The position numbers and the translations under genes were made by a program. Of a stretch of DNA of 64,000 bases, positions 45,810 to 57,443 are shown one piece after another. Source of the stretch: Escherichia coli (GTDB taxonomy: Bacteria; Pseudomonadota; Gammaproteobacteria; Enterobacterales; Enterobacteriaceae); the NCBI RefSeq assembly GCF_044324875.1, contig NZ_CP172185.1, one strand, 5' to 3'. How positions within the stretch are numbered: position 1 is the first letter of the stretch; each line of letters opens with the position of its first letter. Below the pieces are notes generated by a model. That model was not told where the DNA came from and did no database searches. It saw nothing but the letters and a program-made list of their open reading frames with translations.

Positions 45810-47423
45810 TTATTTATTGGTGAGTACTACGTTCCATGGCAGGAGTTCATCAACTCGGTTGGAAGGCCATTCCGGCAGTACGCTCAGGATATGGCGCAGA
45901 TACGCTTCCGGATCGATACCGTTCAGACGGCAGGTGCCGATCAGCCCGTACAACAGTGCTCCACGCTCGCCGCCGTGATCGCTGCCAAAGAACATAAAGT
46001 TTTTCTTTCCGAGACAGACTGCACGAAGCGCTCTTTCCGCAGCATTATTATCCGCCTCCGCCAGACCGTCATCACTGTAATAACAGAGGGCATCCCACTG
46101 ATTCAGTACATAGCTGAACGCTTCGCCCAGTCTGGATTTTTTCGACAGCGTACCATTCTTCTCCACCATCCATTCATGCAGCGACGTCAGTAACACTTTG
46201 CTTCGCTGCTGCCTGACGGCAAGACGCTCTGACTCCGCTAATCCCCGTATTTCATCCTCGATGGCGTACAGTTCACTGATTCGCTTCAGGGCTTCTTCTG
46301 CCGTCGCACTTTTGCTGCTGATGTATACATCGTGGATTTTTCGCCGGGCATGGGCCCAGCACGCAACTTCTGTCAGTGCACCACCTTCACGTTCTGCACT
46401 GAACAACCTGTCGTAACCTGTGAACGCATCCGCCTGCAGGATACCCCGGAAGGGGCGGAGGTGTTGCTCCGGGTGTTTCCCCTGCCGGTTCGGCGAGTAC
46501 GCGAACCAGACCGCTGGAGGAGATGACGAACCCACATTGCGATCATCCCGGACATACGTCCAGATACGCCCTGTTTTCGCCTTTTTCTGACCCGGTGCCA
46601 GTACCTTTACCGGTGTGTCATCAGTGTGAACCTTGCGGGTGTTCATTACATAACGGTACAGGGCATCATTCACCGGTGTCATTAACTGGCAGCACGCGTC
46701 AACCCAGTTGGAGAGTAAGGCCCGGCTCAGTTCGACACCCTGGCGGGCAAAGATTTCACTCTGACGATACAGTGGCAGATGTTCGCAGTATTTTCCCGTT
46801 AACACGCGGGCAAGTAATCCGGGGCCCGCGATACCACGCTCTATCGGGCGGGACGACGCCGGTGCTTCAACAATACAGTCACATTTTGTACAGGCTTTTT
46901 TTACCCGTTCTGTGCGGATCACTTTCAGGGCACTGCTCACCAGTTCCAGCTGTTCAGCGCTGACTTCCCCCAGATAATCCAGCTCACCGCCACACTCCGG
47001 GCAACAGCTTTCTTCTGGCTCCAGGCGGTGTATTTCACGGGGAAGGTGTGCCGGTAACGGACGACGATGGCGCGACTGTCGCAACTGGCGGGGAACCTGA
47101 GGATCGTCTTCCCGCCCACTGTAACGATCGCTGTCCTGTTCACGTTGTTTCAGCAGAGCCTCAGCCAGTTCAACTTCACGACGCAGTTTTTCAGAACGGG
47201 GACCGAACAGCATCCGGAGCAGTTTTTCTATCTGAGCCCGCAGATGTTCTATTTCCCGTTCATCTTCTTCGATCTTTTCTTCGGCACGTGTCAGTGCAGA
47301 GCGCAGGAAGGCTTCCCTCTCTTCAACCAGACTCAGTTGCTGGTCTTTCTGACGGAGGGCTTCAGCCTGCTCAGAGAGCAATCTTTCCAGCTCTGCGATG
47401 CGAATGAGGTATTTCTGACTCAT
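45810..47423 (-). CDS. tnpC: IS66-family transposase TnpC (copy 2)
   Basis: 537 aa; colinear with copy 1 TnpC but diverged. Confidence 0.85.
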   Translation of the reverse strand: MSQKYLIRIAELERLLSEQAEALRQKDQQLSLVEEREAFLRSALTRAEEKIEEDEREIEHLRAQIEKLLRMLFGPRSEKLRREVELAEALLKQREQDSDRYSGREDDPQVPRQLRQSRHRRPLPAHLPREIHRLEPEESCCPECGGELDYLGEVSAEQLELVSSALKVIRTERVKKACTKCDCIVEAPASSRPIERGIAGPGLLARVLTGKYCEHLPLYRQSEIFARQGVELSRALLSNWVDACCQLMTPVNDALYRYVMNTRKVHTDDTPVKVLAPGQKKAKTGRIWTYVRDDRNVGSSSPPAVWFAYSPNRQGKHPEQHLRPFRGILQADAFTGYDRLFSAEREGGALTEVACWAHARRKIHDVYISSKSATAEEALKRISELYAIEDEIRGLAESERLAVRQQRSKVLLTSLHEWMVEKNGTLSKKSRLGEAFSYVLNQWDALCYYSDDGLAEADNNAAERALRAVCLGKKNFMFFGSDHGGERGALLYGLIGTCRLNGIDPEAYLRHILSVLPEWPSNRVDELLPWNVVLTNK

Positions 47424-47453
47424 GACCGTTTTTATAATGCGGTCAGGAGTTTT

Positions 47454-47804
47454 TTACAACATTGTCAGTGAGTTACGGCTGGATGTTTTTGGCTGACGCC
47501 AGTCCAGCTTATCGAGGAGCATTGCCAGTTGCGAGCGGGTAATGGATACCTTGCCGTCACGTACCGCAGGCCAGATAAACTGGCCTTCCTCCAGGCGTTT
47601 GGTGAACAGGCACAGACCATCAGCATCAGCCCAAAGAATTTTGACGGTGTCACCCCGTCGGCCACGGAAGATAAACAGGTGACCGGAGAAGGGATTATCA
47701 TTCAGCACATGTTGTACCTGTTCTCCCAGTCCGTTGAAGGATTTACGCATATCGGTAACGCCGGCAACGAGCCAGATACGGGTACCTGATGGGAGTGAGA
47801 TCAT
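47454..47804 (-). CDS. tnpB: IS66 Orf2 (TnpB, copy 2)
   Basis: 116 aa; MISLPSGTRIWLVAGVTDMRKSFNGLGEQVQ. Confidence 0.85.
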   Translation of the reverse strand: MISLPSGTRIWLVAGVTDMRKSFNGLGEQVQHVLNDNPFSGHLFIFRGRRGDTVKILWADADGLCLFTKRLEEGQFIWPAVRDGKVSITRSQLAMLLDKLDWRQPKTSSRNSLTML

Positions 47805-48226
47805 CTTCCCCTCCCGGTCAGTTCACGGATCAACACCGTGAGCAGCTCTGGCGATGGATTTTCCAGCGTCATGTTACCGTGACGGAATTCCACCTTGCAG
47901 GAACTGGCACTGACTCTGGTCTGAGTGGAAGTGGATAAAGACGGCGCAATGGCCGCCACAGGTTCTTTCTGCTCATCCGGCGTTATTTCTACAGGTAATA
48001 ATTCAACGCCAGTGTCAGAAGAGGTCGTTACCGGAAGACGCCGCGAAACACGCCCTTCGTTCTGCCAGAGCCTGAGCCATTTGAAAATAACATTATCATT
48101 GACGCCATTTTCACGTGCAATCTGTGCAACACAAGCTCCAGGTTGTGATGCCAGTTCCACCATACGAAGTTTGAATTCATTCGAATAGTTTTTACGAGGT
48201 TCTTTTCGCCAGTCCTGTAATTCCAT
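47801..48226 (-). CDS. tnpA: IS66 Orf1 (TnpA, copy 2)
   Basis: 141 aa; overlaps tnpB start. Confidence 0.8.
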   Translation of the reverse strand: MELQDWRKEPRKNYSNEFKLRMVELASQPGACVAQIARENGVNDNVIFKWLRLWQNEGRVSRRLPVTTSSDTGVELLPVEITPDEQKEPVAAIAPSLSTSTQTRVSASSCKVEFRHGNMTLENPSPELLTVLIRELTGRGR

Positions 48227-48419
48227 ACTTAGATGTCCGTCTATATCAGATGGGCGTCTAAGTTACCAATTCTCGTCTGATGGCTACATACGGCGGTCAG
48301 TTTACGCTTACGGTAAACGCGCTTTGCATTCACTAACGGTAGTCCTTCATTTAGGGACTGCCGCCTGAGTATCGCCCAGAACACGGCTTACCGGGGCTAT
48401 TCCTTGTCCGAAGGTAACA

Positions 48420-48700
48420 AGGGCACATGCGCTATCCATTTTCGCGATTGCGCATACTCCACCACTTCTTTGAGGATCTAAACTTCCATGGTTTTTTACC
48501 CAGCAAGAGCTGTAACTCTTTTATTTGTTTTATAGCGGCAGGCAGTTCTGAGGCAGGAACGACACCCTCTCCTGAAGCAACAGCAGTGAGACTTCCTTCC
48601 AGAGATTGTTTTTCCACTTAAACAACAGGCAGGGCTGAATACAACGCAAACGCGCCACATGTGACACCGCCATGCCAGGCTCCATTGTCTGCTGAATAAT
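48420..48700 (-). mobile_element. IS2-like orfA remnant (upstream half of the element split by IS66 copy 2)
   Basis: ...[36 protein letters not shown]... parallels IS2 InsC. Confidence 0.55.
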
Positions 48701-49896
48701 GCCAATTTTTTCCTGAGGAGTTTTACGTTTACGAAGCTACAGCCCCGGCAAAGTTCCAGTCATCTCAAAATTAGAACCAGTGTCAGACATATATCCAAGC
48801 CTGTCTCTTATTTTAAGATACATCCACTATCTGGCGTTTCAAGGGGCTGGTCCAGCTACAAATATTATTGAAAGAAATTTTTATGAAAACGAAGCTTTTT
48901 ACGATTTCTATCGGCATTGATGTAATATAGAAGAGTTATATAAATTATTCAAATCAAATTTTCTATTGAATATTTTCATTCACAGAGTGAGAAAGATGTA
49001 AAATAAAAATACAGGCTCATATATTATTACTTAACCTTACATGGATATCCTGAAATGACATTAATTATTAAGATAATAACGTTTTCATCGGTAGTAGTAG
49101 AAATAAACAAAATTTTAATTTCAAAAACTGCTTGTTTCTCGTAGTGAGGTACTTGTCTTTACTGATTCGGGTAACAGGAAAACATTTAAAATCATTCTGT
49201 TGCGCTCTTTCTGAGAGGCTGATTGCAAAATGGCATCTGAATCGATCGCAGTTGTATGACTCAGCGAGTAAGGCCAGGGAGGTGTTACCCACGAAAATAT
49301 GTACGGCCCAGAACGCGCTGGAACTCTTTTGATGCTCCAGCAAGAACTTAACCGAATGCCATTGGTACGCTGCCCCACAGAAAATTCCGTCACTAATGGC
49401 GGTAGCCGACAGATTCACATGGCGTTACCGCAGTAAACCAAGATGGATCTTGATTGCGTCCTCAACAGACAACATATCTGCTTTGGACAACGAGCCAATA
49501 TGTGTTTTGAGACAGGACTTATCCGCCGCCATAATCTGCTCTACAATCGCTTTGCTGCTCTGACACCTACGGTCACAACAGCCTCACTTGGATACACTCG
49601 CTCTGTGTTACTGGTCAGAGGAACGACGACTACTCGAGCGAGGTTCCTGTTTGCTGCGTCATTGCTCACGATCACTGCCGGACATGTCTTGCGGATTTCA
49701 CTGTCAACAGCAGGATCAAATTCAATCCACCACGTCTCACCTGTGCCGTCACTGCTCTGTCATCTTTCTAACACTTTACTGTCTAACACATGTAATAAAA
49801 AAGTTATTTTTCTGCAATTCGGGCATGATATTTAATCCCACGAGCATGAAACGTGTGAATTCGCTCATCAGGTACAACAAGCAAGAGAGATAAACG

Positions 49897-51213
49897 ATGA
49901 AACCGTTACATTATACAGCTTCAGCACTGGTGCTCGGACTGACGTTAATGGGGAATGCACAGGCAGTGACGACCATTCCGTTCTGGCACTCTATGGAAGG
50001 GGAACTGGGTAAAGAGGTGAATTCTCTGGTCCAACGTTTTAACGCCGAAAACCCGGATTACAAAATTATACCGACTTATAAAGGCAACTACGAAGAGAGT
50101 TTAAGTGCGGGGATCGCAGCATTTCGTACCGGTAACGCTCCGGCTATTTTGCAGGTTTATGAAGTTGGCACCGCCACCATGATGGCGTCGAAAGCCATTA
50201 AACCGGTGTATGACGTGTTTAAAGAGGCGGGGATTAACTTTGATGAGTCGCAGTTTGTGCCGACGGTTTCAGGCTACTACTCCGACAGCAAAACGGGACA
50301 CTTACTCTCCCAGCCGTTCAACAGCTCGACTCCTGTTCTCTATTACAACAAAGATGCTTTCAAGAAAGCAGGATTAGACCCGGAACAGCCGCCGAAAACC
50401 TGGCAGGATCTGGCGGACTATGCCGCGAAACTGAAAGCCTCCGGTATGAAGTGCGGCTACGCCAGCGGCTGGCAGGGCTGGATCCAACTGGAAAACTTTA
50501 GCGCCTGGAACGGTCTGCCGTTTGCCAGCAAAAACAACGGCTTTGACGGCACAGATGCGGTGCTGGAGTTCAACAAGCCGGAGCAGGTGAAACACATCGC
50601 CATGCTCGAAGAGATGAACAAGAAAGGCGATTTCAGCTACGTCGGGCGTAAGGATGAATCCACCGAGAAGTTCTATAACGGTGATTGCGCAATGACGACT
50701 GCCTCTTCTGGTTCTCTTGCCAGCATTCGCGAGTACGCCAAATTCAACTACGGCGTAGGCATGATGCCTTACGACGCTGACGCGAAAGATGCACCACAAA
50801 ACGCCATTATCGGCGGAGCCAGCCTGTGGGTGATGCAGGGCAAAGATAAAGAAACGTATACCGGCGTGGCGAAGTTCCTCGACTTCCTCGCGAAGCCAGA
50901 AAATGCTGCCGAGTGGCATCAGAAAACCGGTTATCTGCCAATCACCAAAGCGGCGTATGACCTGACCCGTGAGCAGGGCTTTTATGAGAAAAACCCAGGG
51001 GCGGATATCGCGACACGTCAGATGCTGAACAAACCGTCGTTACCGTTCACCAAAGGACTACGTCTGGGCAACATGCCGCAGATCAGAGCGATTGTGGATG
51101 AAGAGCTTGAGAGCGTGTGGACCGGTAAGAAGACGCCACAGCAGGCGCTGGATACCGCCGTTGAGCGTGGGAATCAGTTACTACGCCGCTTTGAGAAATC
51201 GACGAAGTCTTAA
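49897..51213 (+). CDS. sn-glycerol-3-phosphate-type ABC transporter periplasmic binding protein (UgpB-like), orphan
   Basis: 438 aa; signal peptide [23 protein letters not shown]; close UgpB-like sequence; no adjacent permease or ATPase genes. Confidence 0.75.
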   Translation: MKPLHYTASALVLGLTLMGNAQAVTTIPFWHSMEGELGKEVNSLVQRFNAENPDYKIIPTYKGNYEESLSAGIAAFRTGNAPAILQVYEVGTATMMASKAIKPVYDVFKEAGINFDESQFVPTVSGYYSDSKTGHLLSQPFNSSTPVLYYNKDAFKKAGLDPEQPPKTWQDLADYAAKLKASGMKCGYASGWQGWIQLENFSAWNGLPFASKNNGFDGTDAVLEFNKPEQVKHIAMLEEMNKKGDFSYVGRKDESTEKFYNGDCAMTTASSGSLASIREYAKFNYGVGMMPYDADAKDAPQNAIIGGASLWVMQGKDKETYTGVAKFLDFLAKPENAAEWHQKTGYLPITKAAYDLTREQGFYEKNPGADIATRQMLNKPSLPFTKGLRLGNMPQIRAIVDEELESVWTGKKTPQQALDTAVERGNQLLRRFEKSTKS

Positions 51214-51289
51214 CCAGTGTAATGTCGGATACGTTTCGCCTATCTGAGCTAACATCGCGTGTAGGCCGATGTGATTGACATCTTCCTCC

Positions 51290-52330
51290 TTACGGCATCA
51301 ACGTTCCAGACTGAGATGTACCCAGTTCCCTGGTGGAGAAGTCAGTCATGAATATTAATCGTATTGGTTTCGATCTTGCCGAAAAATGTTTTTCAAATCC
51401 ACGGCGTTGATCACAATGAATAGTGGTACGGAGAAAAACGCTGAGCCCTCCCCACATGATGACGTTTTTCTCCGGGCTTTCTCCCTGCCTCATCAGCATC
51501 GAAGTCTGTGGCTCTTCCCATTCTGGGCACGGGAACTCATTCCGTATGGGGCCTACCGTGCGCATTATTCCGTAGAAACTTGTCAAATCTTATCTCAAAG
51601 GTAACAAAAACGACGCTAATAATGCAGCTGCCATCTGTGAGGCCGTCAGCAGGCCCGGCATGCGATTTGTTGTTTTCATATCGGAATCCCAGCAGACGTT
51701 ACAGGAAGAATACCGGGTCCGGGCCAGAATCATCCGCGAGCGAACGGCGTTGCGTAATGAAATCCGGGGGCTGTTGAGTGAATTTGGTCTGCTGCTGCCT
51801 GTGGGGATAAGGCACGTGCGTAAAATCCAGCAGGGAATACTGCCCAGGGGCAGTGGAATGACCCTTCATCCGTTTGTTGTGCGAACTGTCAGAGTAAAAT
51901 GAACTCATATCGTCTCATGACCACCGTCTTCATGAGGCTGCAAGGGATGATATCCGTATTAAACAGCTGATGGAGCTAAAAGGAGTTGGTCCCACAACAG
52001 CCTGTGCGCTGGTTGCCTGTATCGGTAATGCACATGATTTTAAAAAGGGACGGCAACTGGCAGCCTGGCTGGGCTGACGCTATCACAATACCGCAGCGGC
52101 TGAATGTCGAAGCTGGGCAGGATAACAAAAGCCGGTGATTCGTATCTGCGAATGCTTCTGGTTCAGGGGGCTCGTTCAGTACTGATTGGTGCTGAGAAAA
52201 GGACTGACTCATTCAGTCGTTGGGTCTGTTCACTGGTTGAACGCAGAGAATACTGACGCGCTGTTGTGGCCATCGCCGCCAGAAAGGTAAGGCTGTGCTG
52301 GGCATCATGTCATTACGGTGATGATTTCAG
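51290..52330 (+). pseudogene. IS110-family transposase remnants (frameshifted)
   Basis: ...MELKGVGPTTACALVACIGNAHDFKKGRQLAAWLG...SYLRMLLVQGARSVL... in several frames. Confidence 0.5.
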
Positions 52331-52707
52331 GCTGTATTCAGCCAGCTAAAGCACGCAGCAACCGTATGACTATCTGATCTGCAACTCGTTGATGATAAAG
52401 TGTTAGACCCCGTGAGGTATATCTGATTATTGTACAGGATATACGTATCCGCTTAACGAACAAGAGCCTCACTCGCGTCTTTCATCTGGGCCGAATAGAT
52501 GAGATTCATCATGGTTGTTTATAGTACCGTCGTCTCTCCCCTTTATTTTTACAGAAAAGCAAACAGAAACCATAAATACCGGCGTTGACATGGCGGGGAA
52601 GCCGGCAACGGCTATCCCTACCGTAATCATAATATTTCTGTCATTTCTGCTCCCTACAATGACGTTAGTTTTACTTCTGGGCGATAACAACGAAAGGAGA
52701 GTATGAC

Positions 52708-54051
52708 ATGCACAACTCCAAAATCCGGCTGGCTATACTGGTTGGCTGCATGGCTCTGAGCGCCAACCTGTGGGCCAAAGCGCAGCCGGTGCAGGCAACG
52801 CTGGCCGGGCATGCAATTCTGCCGGCAAAATCCGCTGTTTCAACACCGAAGGATGCGCCGGGCGATTTGCAACAGAGCGGCAAATACACCAGCGGCAAAC
52901 GCGTCACCGAGCTGGGCAGCGTGGCGGGCAAATCCGCAGAACGCCTGACAGGACTCAGCCTGCCGATCAATGGTCAGCCGTTGCAGGGCCACTCAGGTAT
53001 CAAACACATGCCCGACGGTACCTATTGGGTGCTGACTGACAATGGCTTCGGCAGCAAAGCCAACTCCCCGGACGCCATGCTGTACCTCAACCAATACAAG
53101 ATAGATTTCAAAGACGGCTCGGTAGTACCGATGAAGACGCTGTTCCTGCATGATCCGGATAAAAAGGTGCCGTTCCACATCATCAACGAGAGCACCGAAC
53201 TACGCTATCTGACCGGCAGCGATTTTGATCCGGAAAGCTTCCAGTTTTCCGACGATGCCTTATGGATCGGTGATGAGTTCGGTCCTTACCTGATCAAGAC
53301 CGACCTGAACGGCAAGGTGCTGGCGGTGTTCGACACAGAAGTGGACGGTAAGGTGGTTAAATCGCCGGACAACCCGACGCTGACTCTACCTAGCGCTCCG
53401 GACGGTAAGCTGAACTTCCAGGTGGCGCGTTCCAAAGGCTTTGAAGGCATGGCCATCTCGCCGGACGGCAGTAAGCTGTATCCGCTGCTGGAAGGGGCAT
53501 TGTGGGACGGTGAGCAGTTCGAGAACGTTGACGGAAAACGCTACCTGCGTGTGCTGGAGTTCGATGCCAAACAGCAGGCCTGGACTGGTCGCAGCTGGCA
53601 GTACGTGCTGGAAGACAACCAGAACGCCATCGGCGACTTCAATATGATAGATGATACCCACGGACTGGTGATCGAGCGTGATAACGGCGAAGGCACGGCG
53701 GATAAAGCCTGCGTCGCCGGCGCGCCGACCAACAACTGCTTCAGTCAAGTAGCCAGGTTCAAACGGGTGTATAAAATTGCTTTCTCGGACACTAACGTCG
53801 GAAAACCTGTCGAAAAACTGGGCTATATTGACCTGATGAAGATTCAGGATCCGAACAAGCTGGCACGCAAGCCGCTGAACGACGGTGTGCTGACCTTCCC
53901 GTTCTTCACCATCGAGAACGTGGATGTGGTTGACACTAACCACATCATCGTAGGCAACGATAATAACTTCCCGTTTTCCTCCAGCCGCTGGCCTAATATG
54001 GCGGATGACAACGAGTTTATTCTACTGGATGTGAAGGATTTTCTGAAGTAG
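52708..54051 (+). CDS. Secreted phytase-like / esterase-like-activity-of-phytase family protein
   Basis: 447 aa; signal peptide; motifs WVLTDNGFG and SKGFEGMAISPDGSKLY typical of this beta-propeller family; family call unverified. Confidence 0.45.
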   Translation: MHNSKIRLAILVGCMALSANLWAKAQPVQATLAGHAILPAKSAVSTPKDAPGDLQQSGKYTSGKRVTELGSVAGKSAERLTGLSLPINGQPLQGHSGIKHMPDGTYWVLTDNGFGSKANSPDAMLYLNQYKIDFKDGSVVPMKTLFLHDPDKKVPFHIINESTELRYLTGSDFDPESFQFSDDALWIGDEFGPYLIKTDLNGKVLAVFDTEVDGKVVKSPDNPTLTLPSAPDGKLNFQVARSKGFEGMAISPDGSKLYPLLEGALWDGEQFENVDGKRYLRVLEFDAKQQAWTGRSWQYVLEDNQNAIGDFNMIDDTHGLVIERDNGEGTADKACVAGAPTNNCFSQVARFKRVYKIAFSDTNVGKPVEKLGYIDLMKIQDPNKLARKPLNDGVLTFPFFTIENVDVVDTNHIIVGNDNNFPFSSSRWPNMADDNEFILLDVKDFLK

Positions 54052-54207
54052 GGGGAAGAGCATCTTACGATACTCCTCGCTAATTTAAAAACGAACGGTG
54101 CTGAGCACCGTTTTTAATCACCTCGCCAGAACCTACCAGAATATGATGTTGGTTTATTATCACTGATTCATGGGGAGCACCCAGCGCTTCGGCGGTTTTT
54201 TATGTCT

Positions 54208-55032
54208 TTAAAGCAGTAGCGGTAGGGTCGCGCTGGCTGTTTTCTGGCTCACCTCGCTGTACTGGTCATCCAGCGCAATCAGCGATGTGGTGAGTAGCTC
54301 TACCAACAGCATCACTCCCACTTTGGCAGTCAGCGCGCCGGCACTCAAGGGTCCTTCCGGTTTGGCCGCGACCAGTTGAATATCACTCAGCGAAGCTAAC
54401 GGACTGCGCGGTGTATTACTCAGCGCCAGTACACGCACACCTTGCTTACGCGCTAGTTTTACGACATGCAGCAGATCGCGCGTGGATCCAGAACTGGAAA
54501 TCGCCACCACGAACGTGTTTTTACTAAGTGTTGTGGCGTTCATGGCAGCACGATGCATATCGCTGAACAATTGTGCGGGTTTCCCCAGACGCAGGAGTTT
54601 ATAATGTAAATACTCCCCCAGAATGGCACTGGCTGCTACGCCATAAATCTGCACTGACTGAGCCTGATGCAGTGCAAGCGCGGCTGCTTCCAGCAAGGCT
54701 CTGTCGAGTAATTTTGCTGTGTCCTGTATTGCTTGCACGGATTCATTGACCACATTGTCAATCTCATCACCGCCGTGCTCTACAAACTGTACTTGTCGGA
54801 GATCGAGTGCCAGCGCCATTTTGAATTCGTTATAGCCCTTACACCCAAGCGTTCGGCACAGACGTGTGACGCTAGCCTCGCTGGTGCCGCTTTCACGCGC
54901 AAGTTCGGTAATCGTCAGGTAGACAACTTTTGCCGGATCGCTAAGTACAAACTCTCCCAGCTTCTGTTGTGTTCGGCTATATCCATCAACGCTCTGGCGC
55001 AATCTCAGCAGCAGGTTTTCATTTTCTGACAT
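54208..55032 (-). CDS. RpiR/MurR-family transcriptional regulator (HTH + SIS domain)
   Basis: 274 aa; N-terminal HTH (LTITELARESGTSEASVTRLCRTLGCKGYNEFK), C-terminal SIS-like region. Confidence 0.75.
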   Translation of the reverse strand: MSENENLLLRLRQSVDGYSRTQQKLGEFVLSDPAKVVYLTITELARESGTSEASVTRLCRTLGCKGYNEFKMALALDLRQVQFVEHGGDEIDNVVNESVQAIQDTAKLLDRALLEAAALALHQAQSVQIYGVAASAILGEYLHYKLLRLGKPAQLFSDMHRAAMNATTLSKNTFVVAISSSGSTRDLLHVVKLARKQGVRVLALSNTPRSPLASLSDIQLVAAKPEGPLSAGALTAKVGVMLLVELLTTSLIALDDQYSEVSQKTASATLPLLL

Positions 55033-55197
55033 GTAAAATCCTTAATGCGTTTATCTGTTGATAGTGTGACGGAAAGGAGGGGATTGATGCCAGACATTTT
55101 AAAAAAGTATGATCGACTTCTTAGATTTTGATGGTGATTTTTATTTATAAGAATAATTATGGTAAAAATTTTCATCAAAAATCGAGGAGATGATAAA

Positions 55198-56754
55198 ATG
55201 ATGCAAATGTTTAGCGGCGCTTCATCGGGGGGATGGTTTGAAAAAGCGCAGCGGTTCGGAAAATCCTTCATGCTGCCGATTGCGGTATTGCCCGCAGCAG
55301 GGCTGTTATTAGGGATTGGTGGCGCGTTGTCAAATCCAAACACGTTGACGGCTTATCCGTTTTTAGATGCCGACTGGTTGCAGGCAATATTCACAATCAT
55401 GACCAGCGCAGGTTCTATTGTGTTTGCCAACCTGTCGGTACTCTTTGCAGTCGGCGTCGCCGTGGGGCTGGCGAAATCGGATAAAGGCACTGCCGGGCTT
55501 GCGTCATTGCTGGCGTTTCTGGTGATGAATGCCACCATCAACGCCTTATTAACGCTCAACGGAACGCTGGCGCACAAGAACCCCGCTTCAGTTGGCCAGG
55601 GGATGACGCTTGGTATTCAGACACTGGAAACTGGTGTGTTTGGTGGGGTGGTGATTGGTCTCGTCACCTGCACTTTACATAGCCGTTTCAATAAAGTCTC
55701 ACTACCTCAGTTTCTCGGTTTTTTTAGTGGTTCTCGTTTTGTACCCATTATCAGCTCCCTTGCCGCGATAGTAGTGGGTGCGGTTATGACGGTGGTGTGG
55801 CCGCATTTCCAGAAACTCATTTTTGGACTGGGCGACCTGGTGGATGCGACGGGCTATCTGGGGACGCTGTTGTACGGCTTCATCCTGCGTATGCTCGGTC
55901 CACTGGGTTTACACCATATCTTTTATTTGCCGTTCTGGACGACGGCGCTGGGCGGCAGTGAAATCGTCAACGGCCAGTTGGTTGAAGGTACGCAGCGGAT
56001 TTTCTTTGCCCAACTTGCCGATCCGAATACGCAGCAGTTCTACGCGGGTACCGCTCGCTTTATGTCCGGGCGCTTTATCACCATGATGTTTGGCCTGCTT
56101 GGCGCATGTCTGGCAATGTACCATACTGCAAAGCCGGAGAATAGAAAGGTTGTCGCCGGACTACTTTTGTCGGCAGCCCTGACCTCTTTCCTGACGGGAA
56201 TCACTGAGCCTGTTGAGTTCTCCTTCCTGTTTGTCGCGCCCGTATTATACGTAATTCACGCCTTCTTCGATGGTCTGGCGTTTATGGTCGCCCATATTTT
56301 ACATATCACTATTGGGCAAACCTTTTCGGGCGGGCTTATCGATTTCCTTCTCTTCGGCGTGTTGCAGGGGGAAGCTAAAACAAACTGGATGTATGTCCCC
56401 ATAGTGGGAATACCGTGGTTCTTCCTTTACTACTTTACTTTCCGCTATTTGATTAACCGCTTTGGCTGGCTGACGCCGGGGCGTGAGAACGTAACCCAGG
56501 TTGAATCCGGCCAGCCTCAGAGTGAACGCGCAGCGGCAGTCATTGCCGGGCTGGGAGGCAAAGAGAATCTGGAAGAGGTGGACTGTTGCGCCACGCGCCT
56601 GCGCGTGACGGTTAAAGAGAGCAGTAAGGTAGATGAAGCTGCGCTGAAAGTGGCCGGAGCGCGTGGCGTGATTATTCGCGGCAACGGCGTTCAGGTGATT
56701 TATGGCCCTCATGTCACCATCATTAAAAACGAAGTCGAAGAGATTTTATCGTAA
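55198..56754 (+). CDS. PTS glucose-family EIICB component
   Basis: ORF 55159..56754; polytopic EIIC followed by EIIB with conserved Cys ([15 protein letters not shown]). Confidence 0.8.
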   Translation: MMQMFSGASSGGWFEKAQRFGKSFMLPIAVLPAAGLLLGIGGALSNPNTLTAYPFLDADWLQAIFTIMTSAGSIVFANLSVLFAVGVAVGLAKSDKGTAGLASLLAFLVMNATINALLTLNGTLAHKNPASVGQGMTLGIQTLETGVFGGVVIGLVTCTLHSRFNKVSLPQFLGFFSGSRFVPIISSLAAIVVGAVMTVVWPHFQKLIFGLGDLVDATGYLGTLLYGFILRMLGPLGLHHIFYLPFWTTALGGSEIVNGQLVEGTQRIFFAQLADPNTQQFYAGTARFMSGRFITMMFGLLGACLAMYHTAKPENRKVVAGLLLSAALTSFLTGITEPVEFSFLFVAPVLYVIHAFFDGLAFMVAHILHITIGQTFSGGLIDFLLFGVLQGEAKTNWMYVPIVGIPWFFLYYFTFRYLINRFGWLTPGRENVTQVESGQPQSERAAAVIAGLGGKENLEEVDCCATRLRVTVKESSKVDEAALKVAGARGVIIRGNGVQVIYGPHVTIIKNEVEEILS

Positions 56755-57443
56755 TGAAAACTGTACTGGATTCCCTGAAAGGTAAATTAATCGTCTCCTG
56801 TCAGGCTCTGGAAAATGAGCCTCTACATAGTCCGTTTATTATGTCACGTATGGCGCTGGCGGCAGCACAAGGTGGTGCTGCAGGTATCCGTGCCAACAGC
56901 GTGGCGGATATTAGTGCTATCAAAGAGATTGTCTCCCTTCCGATGATAGGGATTATCAAACGCGATTACCCTGGCAGTGAGGTGTTTATCACGGCCACTC
57001 TCCGGGAAGTGGATGAGCTGATGACCGTTGAGCCGGAAATTATTGCCCTGGATGCTACTGCGCGCCCGCGCCCTGGTGGTCAGACGCTGGAAGAACTGGT
57101 CACGCAGATCCGCGCTCGCTACCCGTCCATACTTCTGATGGCAGATATAGCAACAGTAGAAGAGGCAGTGACAGCTGAACGTCTGGGTTTTGACTGTGTG
57201 GGCACTACGCTCTACGGCTATACCGCAGAAACTGCCAGGCATGTGCTGGCGGAAAATGACTGTGGATTCTTACGTGAGGTCCTGAAAGCGGTCAGCGTTC
57301 CGGTCGTGGCGGAAGGGAATGTCGACACCCCGGAGTGCGCCGCACGTTGCCTGACATTAGGCGCTCATACCGTGGTGGTTGGGGGGGCAATCACTCGTCC
57401 GCAGCAGATAACGACACGCTTTATTGCAGCGATCGCCTCGTAA
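56754..57443 (+). CDS. nanE: N-acylmannosamine-6-phosphate 2-epimerase (NanE-like)
   Basis: 229 aa; [48 protein letters not shown] typical NanE N-terminus; start overlaps PTS stop. Confidence 0.8.
   Translation: MKTVLDSLKGKLIVSCQALENEPLHSPFIMSRMALAAAQGGAAGIRANSVADISAIKEIVSLPMIGIIKRDYPGSEVFITATLREVDELMTVEPEIIALDATARPRPGGQTLEELVTQIRARYPSILLMADIATVEEAVTAERLGFDCVGTTLYGYTAETARHVLAENDCGFLREVLKAVSVPVVAEGNVDTPECAARCLTLGAHTVVVGGAITRPQQITTRFIAAIAS

Larger units (their letters stand above)
45779..48311 (-). mobile_element. IS66-family insertion sequence (copy 2) with 8-bp target-site duplication
   Basis: Ends GTAAGCGTCAACGG / CCGTAAACGCTTAC-like inverted repeat; GGTAAACG at 45771..45778 repeated at 48312..48319; tnpA 47801..48226, tnpB 47454..47804, tnpC 45810..47423. 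Confidence 0.8.
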
